The notes below the pieces were generated by a model. That model worked only from the letters and a program-made list of their open reading frames with translations. It did no database searches and was not told where the DNA came from. This document shows, one piece after another, positions 17,966 through 27,647 of a stretch of 47,008 bases of DNA (positions are counted from its first letter, which is position 1; each line of letters starts with the position of its first letter). The position numbers and the translations under genes were made by a program. Origin of the DNA: a virus. Its lineage: Duplodnaviria > Caudoviricetes. Where the stretch lies: positions 1-47,008 of IMG/VR virus record IMGVR_UViG_3300048575_000432; one strand, given 5' to 3'.

Positions 17966-18679
17966 TCACGCCAAGAGCCGCTCCGTGATCCGCACGCGGC
18001 GGAGGGAGAAGCTCGGGGTGCCCGCGCCGCCCGTCTTTTGAATCTGCACGTAGGGCTGCAGGCCCGCGGCATAGCCCGACATGTCGAAGAGCTGATTGAC
18101 GGCGACCACCTGCAGGTTGCCACGGCTGTCGTCGGCCGAGAACTTGACCGCCGCCTTGCCGCCTTTGGAGAGACCCGGCGGTGCCACGGTCTGGACGCCC
18201 GAGGCAAAGTCGATGACGAACCGCTTTAGCGTGGTGCCGAGGGCTTGGCCGGCGGCGATGTCGTCGACGTCGTGCGTCCCGTCGTCGGTCTCGACGGTCA
18301 GGGCGGAGGCCCCGGTGCCGGCACCGAGCAGACGGAACGAGGCGTGGGCGGCCAGGTCGTCGATCGCATCGGCCCGAGCGCTGCAGAGCCCGAAGGCCAG
18401 ATCAGTCCCGGCGGGCAATGCGCCGGACACTTTGATCCAGAATTCGGCGCTCAGGAGGTCGTCGATGTCGAACGACAACGAGTCGCCGAAATACAAGCAC
18501 AGATTTTCGGCCTCGTCGCTATTGGCCAACTGGCCGACCATATAGCCGCCGGCCGCGGCCAGGGTCGGGGCGCCGGCGGCCGACGTGTCGGCCTTGCACC
18601 AGACGCCGCCATCGGCGTTGGCCGTCAGGGGCGGGGTCATCTTGCCGGGGAACGTGAAGTCGTGAACGATGACGTGCAT
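17966..18679 (-). CDS. putative capsid decoration/cement protein
   Basis: 237 aa beta-rich ORF directly after the capsid gene, flanked by GC hairpins. Confidence 0.5.
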   Translation of the reverse strand: MHVIVHDFTFPGKMTPPLTANADGGVWCKADTSAAGAPTLAAAGGYMVGQLANSDEAENLCLYFGDSLSFDIDDLLSAEFWIKVSGALPAGTDLAFGLCSARADAIDDLAAHASFRLLGAGTGASALTVETDDGTHDVDDIAAGQALGTTLKRFVIDFASGVQTVAPPGLSKGGKAAVKFSADDSRGNLQVVAVNQLFDMSGYAAGLQPYVQIQKTGGAGTPSFSLRRVRITERLLA

Positions 18680-18795
18680 GGTCAGGACTCTCCGAGTGAG
18701 TTACGGGGTTGGTTTGAGGTCGCCTCAGGGCGGCCGCGGCCCCGGGCCAACCAAAAGGGCCCGGGCCGCGGCCTGGTTCACTTGCCGCAAGGGCA

Positions 18796-21396
18796 CTAGC
18801 CGGCGGCGCCGGTGCCGGCGTTGCGGATCACGCCTCGCGGGTTGCGGGCGGCCGCCGCGAATCGGCCTTCATACTGGAACATGAGGCACTGGTTCTTGGG
18901 GTTGACGTAGCGCCGAACCACCATCCGCTCATAGCCGCGGAGATAGGTGTAGACGATCGCCCGAGCCCGCTTGATCGGCGCGAAGCCGTACCAGACGATC
19001 GACGAGGCGTCGGACAGCATCGGCTCGACCGACCAGCCCACGCGGTTGCGGAAGATCTGGGCGTCGTTGGTCCCCGCGGGGACCACCTGGAGGTTGGCCA
19101 AGAGCTTCTCCGTGGTCGTCTCCAGGTCCTCGGGGATCACCGTGTGGGCCAGCGAGTAGTTGAGCTTGCGCTTGTTGGAGACGCCCGTCATCTTGCGCAA
19201 CAGGAGCCGCATCGCCGCCAACTCGGTTTCGCTGGGCGGGTTCCCCTGGGCGCGGATGTTACCGCGATCGGCGTGGAAGAACGTCTTGCCGTCCATCATC
19301 ACCGGATTGCCCACCAGGACGTTGACGCACAATCGGTTCAGCGTCTGGTCGTGGGCGTTCTGCTTGTCCAGGAGCGCTTCCTGGAAGCCGCCCAGGTCGT
19401 CATTGGCGACCATCACCGGGGTCAGGCCGAATTCGTCGCCGTAGGAGTCGACCTGGATCCAGGCCGCCTCTTCGCCGAACGTCGACTGCTCGAAATCCTT
19501 GCCGTCGATGTGCAACGGCAGCTCGCCGAACTCGCCGACCTGGTAGACCGTCTGCGGGCGGAAGTCGGGGACGCTGTCCATCCGGGCCGCCCAGGTCTGG
19601 TAGGTCGTCTCCGCGCCGCGGTCCGACGCGTCGAGGATCCGGTTGGCCAGCGTCGACATGAGGCCGGGAAAACTGCCCGGGCCGTGCATCGGCGCCCCGG
19701 CGCTTCCGCGGATCATGATCGAGGCCTGAGGGCCGGACTGGAGCGCGGCCGCGGCGATGTCGACCGGCGCGCCGACCGCCCGCTCGCCGCAGATCCGCAG
19801 GCACTCTTCGGCGTACCAGGTCAGCGAGCGGTGCTGGAGGTCGGCGGCGCCGGCCGGCTGCTGCCCCTGGCCCTGGATCCCCAGCCGCGAGCAGAGGGCC
19901 GCGGTGGCCACGTCGTTGAACTTGTCCTGCGTCGACGGTCCGCCCTGCAATCGGTTCACAGCTCGCTCCCTCCCGGCTTGGGCGTTGGTGGCGTCCAGCA
20001 AAAACTGCTGGATGCTCGTCCCGTTCTCACATGCCGCGTCGATCGCCGCGGCCTCGACGCCCAACAGCTCGCCCCGGGCGCGGATCTCCCGGGCGCGCTC
20101 GCGCTCGTCGGCGAGGATCTGCTCGGGCGTCCGCGTCTGCGCGATCGTCTGCGTGCCGCTCGCGGCGCCCGTCGTGGTGCCCTGGCCGGCGGATCCGGTC
20201 GCCGTGGTCGTCGTGCCGGCGCCCGTCGGTTGGGTCGTGGTGGTCTGCTGGGTCGTGGTCGTTTGCTGGGTCGACGTCTGTTGCGTCCCGGGCTGCTCGT
20301 CAAGGGCGGCCAGCGTCTCGGCCTCGCCCTGCGGTACGGCGCGGCCGCGGCCTCCGAACCAGGCGGCCAGCACGGCGCGGACCACGTCCTCGCTCGCGTC
20401 GGCCTTGATGAGCCCCATGGCGACCAACTTCGCTCTGATCTTGTCCATCGCAAAACTCTCCTGTCTGACAGTGGTGGTGGAGCTACGGGCGGTCGCCGGG
20501 CCGGGTCGCGTGGGAGTTTGGGCCAGCTCCGCCAGAATGTCCGATAATGTGGCGATGCGGTCGACCAGTCCGGCCGCCTTCGCTTTTTGGGCGATGAGGA
20601 CCTTCCCCTCGCCATAGTTCCGCTTGACCTCGTCGACGGGGATCCCGCGGCTGGTCGCGACCGAGCCGACGAACTGCTCGTAATAGTCGGTGACCATCTC
20701 CTGGATCACCGCCCGGCCCTTGTCGTCCAAGGGCTGGTAGCCATTGGCCGCGGCCTTGAACTGACCGGCCGAGATTACCGTGTACTTGCGCCCGGCTAGG
20801 GCGTCGGCCTTCGACGTCTCCAGGTGCACGGAGAACGTGCCGACCGAGCCGACCATCGCGTCGGGGGCGGCCACGACCTCGTCGGCGGCCGCGGCGATGT
20901 AGTAGGCCGCCGAGGCGGCCATCGGGCTGGCCACGGCCACCGTGCGTTTGACGGCCCTCGCGGCCCGGACCGCGATCGCCGCCTCTTCCAGCCCGAGGAC
21001 CGAACCGCCGGGCGAATCGACGGCGATCAGGATCGCCTTGACCTGGTCGTCGGCCGTCGCCTGGCGAACCGCCGCGGCGAACTGCTCGGTCGACGTGCCG
21101 CCCGAGAACTCCATCATCAGATTGAGCTTCGGAGCCAAGACGTCCTGCAGGCGGATCACCGCCACGCCGCCCACGACCTCATAGGGCCGTTGGGCCTGGC
21201 CCGACTGGCCGCGTTCCTCCGCGTGCACGCCGATCCGCTGGCGGATCTCCTCGGGCGTGAGCTCGAACCCGGCTGCCCGCAAGTTGATCAGCTCGACGAT
21301 CTCCTCCAGCTTCGTCGGGAGAATCGCCCAGGGCGTCGAGCAGACGGCCTTGACCAGGCGGCGGGCTTGATGTTTCTTGGTGCTGCGGATCGGCAT
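18796..21396 (-). CDS. S49 prohead protease - scaffold - major capsid fusion protein
   Basis: DSPGGSV, AASAAYYIAAAAD, VGSVG (S49); Q/T-rich linker; DFRP...GEFGEL...YGDEFGLT..MVANDDLGGF (Gifsy-2/Mu gpT-like capsid). Confidence 0.85.
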   Translation of the reverse strand: MPIRSTKKHQARRLVKAVCSTPWAILPTKLEEIVELINLRAAGFELTPEEIRQRIGVHAEERGQSGQAQRPYEVVGGVAVIRLQDVLAPKLNLMMEFSGGTSTEQFAAAVRQATADDQVKAILIAVDSPGGSVLGLEEAAIAVRAARAVKRTVAVASPMAASAAYYIAAAADEVVAAPDAMVGSVGTFSVHLETSKADALAGRKYTVISAGQFKAAANGYQPLDDKGRAVIQEMVTDYYEQFVGSVATSRGIPVDEVKRNYGEGKVLIAQKAKAAGLVDRIATLSDILAELAQTPTRPGPATARSSTTTVRQESFAMDKIRAKLVAMGLIKADASEDVVRAVLAAWFGGRGRAVPQGEAETLAALDEQPGTQQTSTQQTTTTQQTTTTQPTGAGTTTTATGSAGQGTTTGAASGTQTIAQTRTPEQILADERERAREIRARGELLGVEAAAIDAACENGTSIQQFLLDATNAQAGRERAVNRLQGGPSTQDKFNDVATAALCSRLGIQGQGQQPAGAADLQHRSLTWYAEECLRICGERAVGAPVDIAAAALQSGPQASIMIRGSAGAPMHGPGSFPGLMSTLANRILDASDRGAETTYQTWAARMDSVPDFRPQTVYQVGEFGELPLHIDGKDFEQSTFGEEAAWIQVDSYGDEFGLTPVMVANDDLGGFQEALLDKQNAHDQTLNRLCVNVLVGNPVMMDGKTFFHADRGNIRAQGNPPSETELAAMRLLLRKMTGVSNKRKLNYSLAHTVIPEDLETTTEKLLANLQVVPAGTNDAQIFRNRVGWSVEPMLSDASSIVWYGFAPIKRARAIVYTYLRGYERMVVRRYVNPKNQCLMFQYEGRFAAAARNPRGVIRNAGTGAAG

Positions 21397-21416
21397 GGCA
21401 TTTCTCGCGAAATGGG

Positions 21417-22964
21417 TCAGTCCTCGGTGGTCCGGTTCGCCCCTGTCCCGGCCTCGTCGGAAGCCCGGGGCTTCGCCGGCGTGCTCGGCCGGTCGTAGTT
21501 CAGTTCCAGCCCGAGCCGCTTGGCGTAGGCCACCTCGCGGGCTCGCTGCTTGAGCACGCGCCGCCAGTTACGGCCCTTGCGGGCACAGATCGATTCGAGC
21601 GTCTCGATCCCGCCGGCGATCGCGGCGAGGTCGGCATCGGTTTCTTTCTCGGTGTCGATCTCGTCTACGGCCGGGTAAAGCAAGGCGGTCCGGGTCCACC
21701 GCCGCTCCTGTTTGCGGAACTGAGTGGCCGACAAGGTCCGGAACTGACCATAGGCCGCCATCACCCTGGTCCACTCCCGCCGGACGACGCGAGGGAGCCG
21801 CTTGCCAAGATAGTCCTGCGTTGGTTCGAAGCCTGACTTGTCGTCGAGCCGAGCCGCGCGGGCGGCCACGTAGGTCGTGCCGCTGTAGTCGCGCGTAAGC
21901 CGATACCGGGAAACGCCGCCGCCCATCCCGATGAGCATCAGGATCAAGTCGATGAACGCCCGGGCTTGGCTGTTGGGCCGCTGAACCTTGATCGGTTCGA
22001 TGTCGTCATCCTTCGGGATCTGGCAGACGATGCCGCGTCCCAGGCGTATCCGTGGATTGCCGAGCCCGTCCGCTCCGTCGGGGTCGGAACCATCGCCCAC
22101 GAACCCCATGCCCGCGCCGGGGGCTCCCGTCTTGTGGACCAGCGTAAACAGCGACTCGATGATTGCGGCGGTCAACTCGCTCCCCAGGTAGTTGTCCAGG
22201 TCGCGGGCCGACTGGGTGATCGCCGTGTGGAGGCTGATCGCGCGGCTCGCGCTCGGGCGCCCGGGCAGGCAGATGTGGATCACGCGGTCGGCGGGAACAA
22301 ATTGGGACTTACTCGAGTAGTGGGCATAGGGGTCGTTGGGGTGGGCGTCGAAGAGCCAATAGCCCACGACCCGGTGGTCGGCGTCGTATTCGATCCCGCG
22401 GCGGATCTCGTTCTGATTTTGGCCGCGAGGCTGGTCCTTGGAGACGTCGAGCTGCTCCGCCTCGAGGTTCTGATAGCACAAGGGGATCAGCCGGCCCGGG
22501 TCGTTGCGCCAGCAGCGCAGCGTCAGGCCTTCGCCCGTCTCCAGAAGCTCGTGGAAGAACTGCCGCTGCATGTGGCCGAACGGGAGCTTACCTTCCAGGT
22601 CGGCCTCGTCGTCGCACCACTCGTCCCAGAGGTCGTCGGACTCCTCGCAAAAGTCCTCTTCCAGCTCGCCGTCGATCGTGACGTCGGCCGTCGTGCCGAT
22701 GCCGCGGGCGATCACATGGTCGACCAACGTCCCCTGCAGGGCGATGATCGCCGGGTCGTTGCGCTTCAAATCGCGCACTCGCCGGGTGACAAGGTCCCAG
22801 TTGGTCCCGACCGCCCCGTCGCCCGAATGGTGCTCGGGCTGCCAGGACCGATTGAGCCGATTGACCTCGCCCGCACGATACGGCTCGGCGGCGGAGATCT
22901 CCGCCTGGCGATGCGCTTCGGCCAGGCTGGTCAAGAACGCGCGGACTTCGGCGTCATTGGGCAT
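21417..22964 (-). CDS. portal protein, lambda gpB family
   Basis: RVRDLKRNDP, LEAEQLD, IRRGIEYD...VGYW, LTRDYS..TY..AR, IDTEKE motifs. Confidence 0.9.
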   Translation of the reverse strand: MPNDAEVRAFLTSLAEAHRQAEISAAEPYRAGEVNRLNRSWQPEHHSGDGAVGTNWDLVTRRVRDLKRNDPAIIALQGTLVDHVIARGIGTTADVTIDGELEEDFCEESDDLWDEWCDDEADLEGKLPFGHMQRQFFHELLETGEGLTLRCWRNDPGRLIPLCYQNLEAEQLDVSKDQPRGQNQNEIRRGIEYDADHRVVGYWLFDAHPNDPYAHYSSKSQFVPADRVIHICLPGRPSASRAISLHTAITQSARDLDNYLGSELTAAIIESLFTLVHKTGAPGAGMGFVGDGSDPDGADGLGNPRIRLGRGIVCQIPKDDDIEPIKVQRPNSQARAFIDLILMLIGMGGGVSRYRLTRDYSGTTYVAARAARLDDKSGFEPTQDYLGKRLPRVVRREWTRVMAAYGQFRTLSATQFRKQERRWTRTALLYPAVDEIDTEKETDADLAAIAGGIETLESICARKGRNWRRVLKQRAREVAYAKRLGLELNYDRPSTPAKPRASDEAGTGANRTTED

Positions 22965-22968
22965 TGGG

Positions 22969-23178
22969 TCAACGTTCAAACGGTTCAGCGAGGAAGAACT
23001 GAGAACTGCCCTGAGCCGCCAGCCGCTCCTGGAGCTTCAGGTAGGTGTCGGTGAGCCGCGGCAGATCCTTGGCTTTCCAGGTCCGGCCCATGACGGTGTA
23101 TTCCTGGGTCGGCTCCTGGGTGAGCTTGAGGATCAGGTCCCCGTAAGCATCGACGATTTGCTGGAGCGTGGCGGCCAT
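22969..23178 (-). CDS. head-tail adaptor, lambda gpW-like
   Basis: 69 aa before the portal; QEYTVMGRTW..KDLPRL. Confidence 0.65.
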   Translation of the reverse strand: MAATLQQIVDAYGDLILKLTQEPTQEYTVMGRTWKAKDLPRLTDTYLKLQERLAAQGSSQFFLAEPFER

Positions 23179-23262
23179 GGCGATCCATCTTGCCAGACCG
23201 GTGGCCCACTTTTCGCCGGCTACCTTCCAAACTTTGGAAGGTAGCCCCTCATGAGAGGGCGA

Positions 23263-24015
23263 TCAGCGACGGGCATCCCGGTCGGCCTGGAGCATCTCGA
23301 CCGCGGCCCGGCAGTTGGCCCGCGAGTATTCGATCCCGATCGCTCGCCGGCCGAGTCGCTCCGCGGCGACGAGCGTCGGGCCGTGCCCCATGAACGGATC
23401 GACGATCAGGTCGCCCGGTTTGGTGTGCAAGAGAATGAACTTCTCCATCAGCTTGACCGGCTTGGCCGTCGGGTGCTGATGCTGGCGGGGCACGATCTTT
23501 CGGATGTCGCGGATCACGTTTTCGACGCGGTGCGTCGTGTCGTACCAGGCCGCCTTGCCGCCTGGCTTTCGCCCGACGAGGACCAGCTCGTAGGATCGCC
23601 GATAGCGCCACCCGAGCCCCATCGGTCCTTTGTCCCAGACCACGGCCTGCTCCCACTCAAACACCTTGGACATGGCCAGGATCCACCAGGCGAGGTTGAC
23701 CGATCTACCGCCGCCACCGGAACAACAGCAGCAACAGTAGCTGCCTGGCTTCAGGAGCCGGACCGATTCGGCCAGCAGGTGATAGAAGAGCGGATCCGCC
23801 CGGTCGTCGTCGTTGGCGATCGCCCGCGACGTCCTGCGCTTCTTTCCGAGATCTCGCCGGCGTGCGGCCGCCAGGTCCTGACGCTGAAAGCCGATCCCAT
23901 AGGGCGGATCGGTCAGCACCAGGTCAACGCTCTCGGGCTTGAGCAAAGGCAGGATCTTGCGGCAGTCGCCATGGTAGATCGCGATTCCGGCGCGGCGGTA
24001 GAACGGCCGAGGCAT
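23263..24015 (-). CDS. orphan DNA N4/N6 methyltransferase (beta class)
   Basis: GDC, VDLVLTDPPYG, HPTAKP, DPFMGHG, GRRAIGIE; no cognate nuclease seen. Confidence 0.9.
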   Translation of the reverse strand: MPRPFYRRAGIAIYHGDCRKILPLLKPESVDLVLTDPPYGIGFQRQDLAAARRRDLGKKRRTSRAIANDDDRADPLFYHLLAESVRLLKPGSYCCCCCSGGGGRSVNLAWWILAMSKVFEWEQAVVWDKGPMGLGWRYRRSYELVLVGRKPGGKAAWYDTTHRVENVIRDIRKIVPRQHQHPTAKPVKLMEKFILLHTKPGDLIVDPFMGHGPTLVAAERLGRRAIGIEYSRANCRAAVEMLQADRDARR

Positions 24016-24156
24016 GATATCTCTCCAACTCTGGTCGAAGGTGCGAAACAAAGAGGTGCAATCGAGTGGAGAGCCCATCATGCCTCCCCCGCGGCCCAGT
24101 TTTCGACGTCGGGTTTCCAATGTTTGGAAGCGGCATCCCTTGGGCGCGGGGAGAGG

Positions 24157-24360
24157 CTACAGAGGCTTACCGCAATGGGGGCACCGACGCTTCGGCGGCG
24201 GTGGCGGAGGCGGCGCAGGCTTCTGGTTCGCGTGAAGCCACTGCATGAGTCCGCACCACGGCCGATGCATCTCGCCATCCGGCGCGTCGCAGTTGCAGAG
24301 GTCCCGCGAGGAGCGAACGCCTGGCGGGAGCGGAGGCAGTTGCGGAGCTTTGGCGGTCAC
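24157..24360 (-). CDS. small Cys/Pro-rich hypothetical protein
   Basis: 67 aa, CNC...H..WC and CPHCG; GTGA-coupled to the upstream ORF. Confidence 0.45.
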   Translation of the reverse strand: MTAKAPQLPPLPPGVRSSRDLCNCDAPDGEMHRPWCGLMQWLHANQKPAPPPPPPPKRRCPHCGKPL

Positions 24361-24563
24361 TGTTCTTTCCCTTCTGGGTGACCCGATGAGGTCGTCCCCG
24401 CAATGATATCGAGGATCATGGCATCCTTCTGCGTTCGAAGTCTCCGGCCAAAATCCTGGAACGCTGATGCGATCTCCGCCGCATCAGGAGGCGGCGAGCG
24501 GATCCAGTCGACCAGCCAAGCCGGACCTATTTCCGGCGAAATGGGCAAGACTTTGTGGACCAT
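24357..24563 (-). CDS. hypothetical protein
   Basis: 68 aa, tightly packed in the operon. Confidence 0.4.
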   Translation of the reverse strand: MVHKVLPISPEIGPAWLVDWIRSPPPDAAEIASAFQDFGRRLRTQKDAMILDIIAGTTSSGHPEGKEQ

Positions 24564-24566
24564 GGT

Positions 24567-24917
24567 TCACCTCGCGGAGAAATCCTCGTCCTGCTCGGCG
24601 ATCCGCCGGCGGATATCGGGCCGTTGCTGCTTGATCGAAAAGGTGCAGCCCTCGACGGGGCAGTAGTACCGCGTGAAATGCGGCGTGCTGCCGCGTGATT
24701 CGCACCGCGTGTCGGGATGATAGGGGCAGAACGGCGCGGCCGATTGCCGGCCCTTCTGCACAGGCTCGGCCGGCGAGGATGCCGGCGCATCCGACGTGGC
24801 CGCGGCTTGGGAGGCCTCGGCAGGCATGTCGATTCCGAGCGCCGGCGGACGGCCCTCGACGTCGCTCTTGTTGGCCTGGATCTCATCGTCGGACGGTTTA
24901 CGTGGCGTCTTGGCCAT
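24567..24917 (-). CDS. zinc-finger protein (Ogr/Delta-like pattern), possible late activator
   Basis: GGGAGAG upstream of MAKTPRK; CPYH...SRGS....RYYCPVEGCTF. Confidence 0.55.
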   Translation of the reverse strand: MAKTPRKPSDDEIQANKSDVEGRPPALGIDMPAEASQAAATSDAPASSPAEPVQKGRQSAAPFCPYHPDTRCESRGSTPHFTRYYCPVEGCTFSIKQQRPDIRRRIAEQDEDFSAR

Positions 24918-24933
24918 GATTCTCTCCCTCGGG

Positions 24934-26907
24934 TTAGCGCGCGGAAAAGTCTTCCGGGGGCAGATCCCGCGCGGCGATCTGCTCGGATGATTTTGGAGTC
25001 GGCTCGGCCGGCCGCGATGCCCAGGGCCAATTAGCGGCCTCCCACTCACAACCGACGACCATGTCGGCGGCGCAGATCGCGTAGACCTCGCCGTCCCAGT
25101 AGTGATTGGGCATGTCGTGACTCGGCAGCACCCATTGTTCCGCTCTGCCTTTGGCGGCCGCCTCGCGCCGTTCGGCCGTGATCTGCCGCAGGTAATCCTC
25201 GCCGCCCTCGACGTCGAGGATGTTTTCCGGGAGCCACCAGACGCCGGGCTGCGTGCGGTCGGCCATCCATCGGCCGGCGATCTCGGTCTTATAGGCGTTC
25301 GTCTCGACACCCCAGGGACGCACGCCGTCGGGATACGGCTTTCCGGTGCGTGCGTTGCGATCGCCCCGGGCCGGGCGGAAAAGCGAACCGGGAACGATCC
25401 GCGGATCGCCGAACACGGCCAGGACGCGGCCGCCCGGGTGGGCGCGGACGAAGTTGAAGACGTCGGTCGGACGGTGACCGCAGTCGATCGCCAGCAAGCG
25501 GACCGCGAGCTGCGAATAGCCGAGCGGGTTTTCGCCCAGCACGTTCCAGCGACGAGCCAGCAGCATTTCGAGTTGGGCCAGGTCACTGGCCAGGACCTCT
25601 TGCACGTCGTCTTCATCGCCGTGCGTCTTCTTCGGAAGATAGCCCTTCTCGACGAGCCAGGACGTCTTCTTGTCACCCCAGGCCCGGATCACGTAGAAGA
25701 CGCCATGGCTCTGCACGTCGGCCCCGGCCGTGAGAAAATAGGCCTCCTTGGGCACCGATCCCATGGGATAGTGGGACGCCAGCCGGATCCCGAGCTCCTT
25801 CCACTTGGGCGCGTTTCCCCGCGGCTCAAAGCGGAGGCCGAGCCAGTCGTTGAAGAAACCTCGCAGGCCTTCTTCCGAGTCGCGGACCGTCAAGTACTTC
25901 TCGGCCATGTCGCCGAGCGTGATCGTCTCGGAATAGATCGAGCCAACGCGGTAACCTCGACGCCGGCCCGGATGCTTGGGTGCCCCCGTGACCTTGCCGT
26001 CCTCCGTGACCTGGCAGCCCTCGGGCGCCCAGACGCCGCGCCGAACCGCCTCGTTCTTCTCTTGGCTGTCGAAGGTGCAGCCCTTTTCGCAGATGTAGTG
26101 AGCTGCCTTGCGTCCTTCCTCGGGCGTGCGCCAGTTGCCCTTCTCGTCCTTCAGTCCGCCGACGCCGCCGCGGCCGGCGTGAGGTCCGCCCTTGTGCGGG
26201 AAGAATCGCAGCTCCTGGTAGTGACCGCATTTCGGACACGGCACGCGGAAGGTCCGCCGGTCGCTCGCGTCGTAGAGGTCGTGCATGTAGGGCGACTCGC
26301 CGACAGGCGTGCCCTCGAAGATCGTCGTCGTCGATCCAAAGAAGGCCTTCGTGCGCTCCGAGGCTAGCGACGGGCTGTGCTGCCAGCGGTCGACCTCCGA
26401 GCAAAGCACCTTCTTGCACGCCCGGCCGGAGAGCCGCTGCGTCGAGCCCGACCAGGCCAGGTAGATCCGGCAGTGTTCCAGATCGATCGTCCGATCGTTG
26501 CGCAGATGTTCGGGCAAGAGCTGGCCGGCCAGTTCGGGAATCTCTTCGGCGAGCCGGTAGATCACGTCGCGCTGCTCGCGGATGAAAACCTTATCGGGGC
26601 CGGCGAACATCATCGGAGCCCGATCGACCGCCTCCTGGCTCAAGAGGTTCGCGTGAAGGTACGAAGTCTTGCCGATCTGCGTGCCGCCAATAAACACGAT
26701 CTCGCGGACCTCGTGATCGTCGACGGCGTCGAGCGGTTCGCGGAGATAGGCATGGGTGTCGAGGTCGAAGCGCCCGGGCTGCGCGCCGACCTCCTTCGGA
26801 AACCGGATATGCGAACAGCACCAATCGGAGCGGACCGGTCGCTCGGCCGGAGGACGCCAGGCGTCCGCCCCCGCCTGTCGCAACCTCGTGATCGGATCGA
26901 GAGTCAT
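24934..26907 (-). CDS. terL: terminase large subunit, lambda gpA family
   Basis: Walker A GTQIGKT, Walker B VLCSEVD, GTP coupling motif, CPKCG, AGADVQ, AIDCG, NHYWD. Confidence 0.93.
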   Translation of the reverse strand: MTLDPITRLRQAGADAWRPPAERPVRSDWCCSHIRFPKEVGAQPGRFDLDTHAYLREPLDAVDDHEVREIVFIGGTQIGKTSYLHANLLSQEAVDRAPMMFAGPDKVFIREQRDVIYRLAEEIPELAGQLLPEHLRNDRTIDLEHCRIYLAWSGSTQRLSGRACKKVLCSEVDRWQHSPSLASERTKAFFGSTTTIFEGTPVGESPYMHDLYDASDRRTFRVPCPKCGHYQELRFFPHKGGPHAGRGGVGGLKDEKGNWRTPEEGRKAAHYICEKGCTFDSQEKNEAVRRGVWAPEGCQVTEDGKVTGAPKHPGRRRGYRVGSIYSETITLGDMAEKYLTVRDSEEGLRGFFNDWLGLRFEPRGNAPKWKELGIRLASHYPMGSVPKEAYFLTAGADVQSHGVFYVIRAWGDKKTSWLVEKGYLPKKTHGDEDDVQEVLASDLAQLEMLLARRWNVLGENPLGYSQLAVRLLAIDCGHRPTDVFNFVRAHPGGRVLAVFGDPRIVPGSLFRPARGDRNARTGKPYPDGVRPWGVETNAYKTEIAGRWMADRTQPGVWWLPENILDVEGGEDYLRQITAERREAAAKGRAEQWVLPSHDMPNHYWDGEVYAICAADMVVGCEWEAANWPWASRPAEPTPKSSEQIAARDLPPEDFSAR

Positions 26908-26950
26908 AGCCAACAGCAACACCACAGTCAGAAGACGCACGGGCATTCCT

Positions 26951-27481
26951 TCACGCTGATTCCGGAGCCGCCACGGCCGGATCCGATAGCAGATCCGCTA
27001 GGCGGTTGAGCGCCTCGTCGACGACCTTCACTGCGGCCGCGCGGATCCGCTTCCGCACCTTGGCCGCCGTCGCATCGGGGAGCACGGCCACGAGCCGGTC
27101 GGGCAACGCCTCCAGGAGCGACCTGGCCTCGCTGATGTGCTGCTTCCATTCGTTAAGGATCGGCTCTATCTCCACGAGCTTCCCCTCCTCGCGTTTCCGC
27201 TTCAGCTCCTCCAAGAGCGCCTGCTCCCGGACCTTGTACTCCTCCCAATACGCCCGCTGGCTCTGCTCGTCGGATTCGTCGCCGCGGCCAGTCGGCCGGA
27301 TGTTCGCCTCGATCCAGGCCTGGCAGTCCTCGACGCAGTAGCCGCCGCCTGGCTCCCGAGGCATTCCGCGCTGCAGGTACTCTGTGATCTGTCGCACCCC
27401 GCGATCGATCTCCGCGGCGAGCTGCGGTTTCGTGCGGACGACGGTCCGCTTTGGAGCCTTCTGCCTTGCGATGGTAGGCAC
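26951..27481 (-). CDS. terS: terminase small subunit (gpNu1-like)
   Basis: N-terminal HTH with YLQRGMP, coiled coil, EEGKLV, LEALPDRL; directly upstream of terL. Confidence 0.8.
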   Translation of the reverse strand: MPTIARQKAPKRTVVRTKPQLAAEIDRGVRQITEYLQRGMPREPGGGYCVEDCQAWIEANIRPTGRGDESDEQSQRAYWEEYKVREQALLEELKRKREEGKLVEIEPILNEWKQHISEARSLLEALPDRLVAVLPDATAAKVRKRIRAAAVKVVDEALNRLADLLSDPAVAAPESA

Positions 27482-27589
27482 TCCGTGCTATTCGGCCCCG
27501 TGGCCCTGGCCTGCCCCTGCCAGGGCCACCACGGCCGGAAGAGGGCCATAGGGAGGAGGAGGAAGACCTTTCAAACCTGGCCAAGCGCC

Positions 27590-27647
27590 GAATCCGCGCT
27601 ATCGTAGGGGGCCCCGTCGCTCGGTCGCCCCCTGGGGGAGGACCCGT
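27590..27647 (-). other. candidate lambda-like cos site (cosQ + cosN)
   Basis: minus strand ACGGGTCCT-21 nt-ACG|GGGC...CGCGG just upstream of terS; lambda has ACGGGTCCT-20 nt-ACG|GGGCGGCGACCTCGCGG. Confidence 0.6.
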
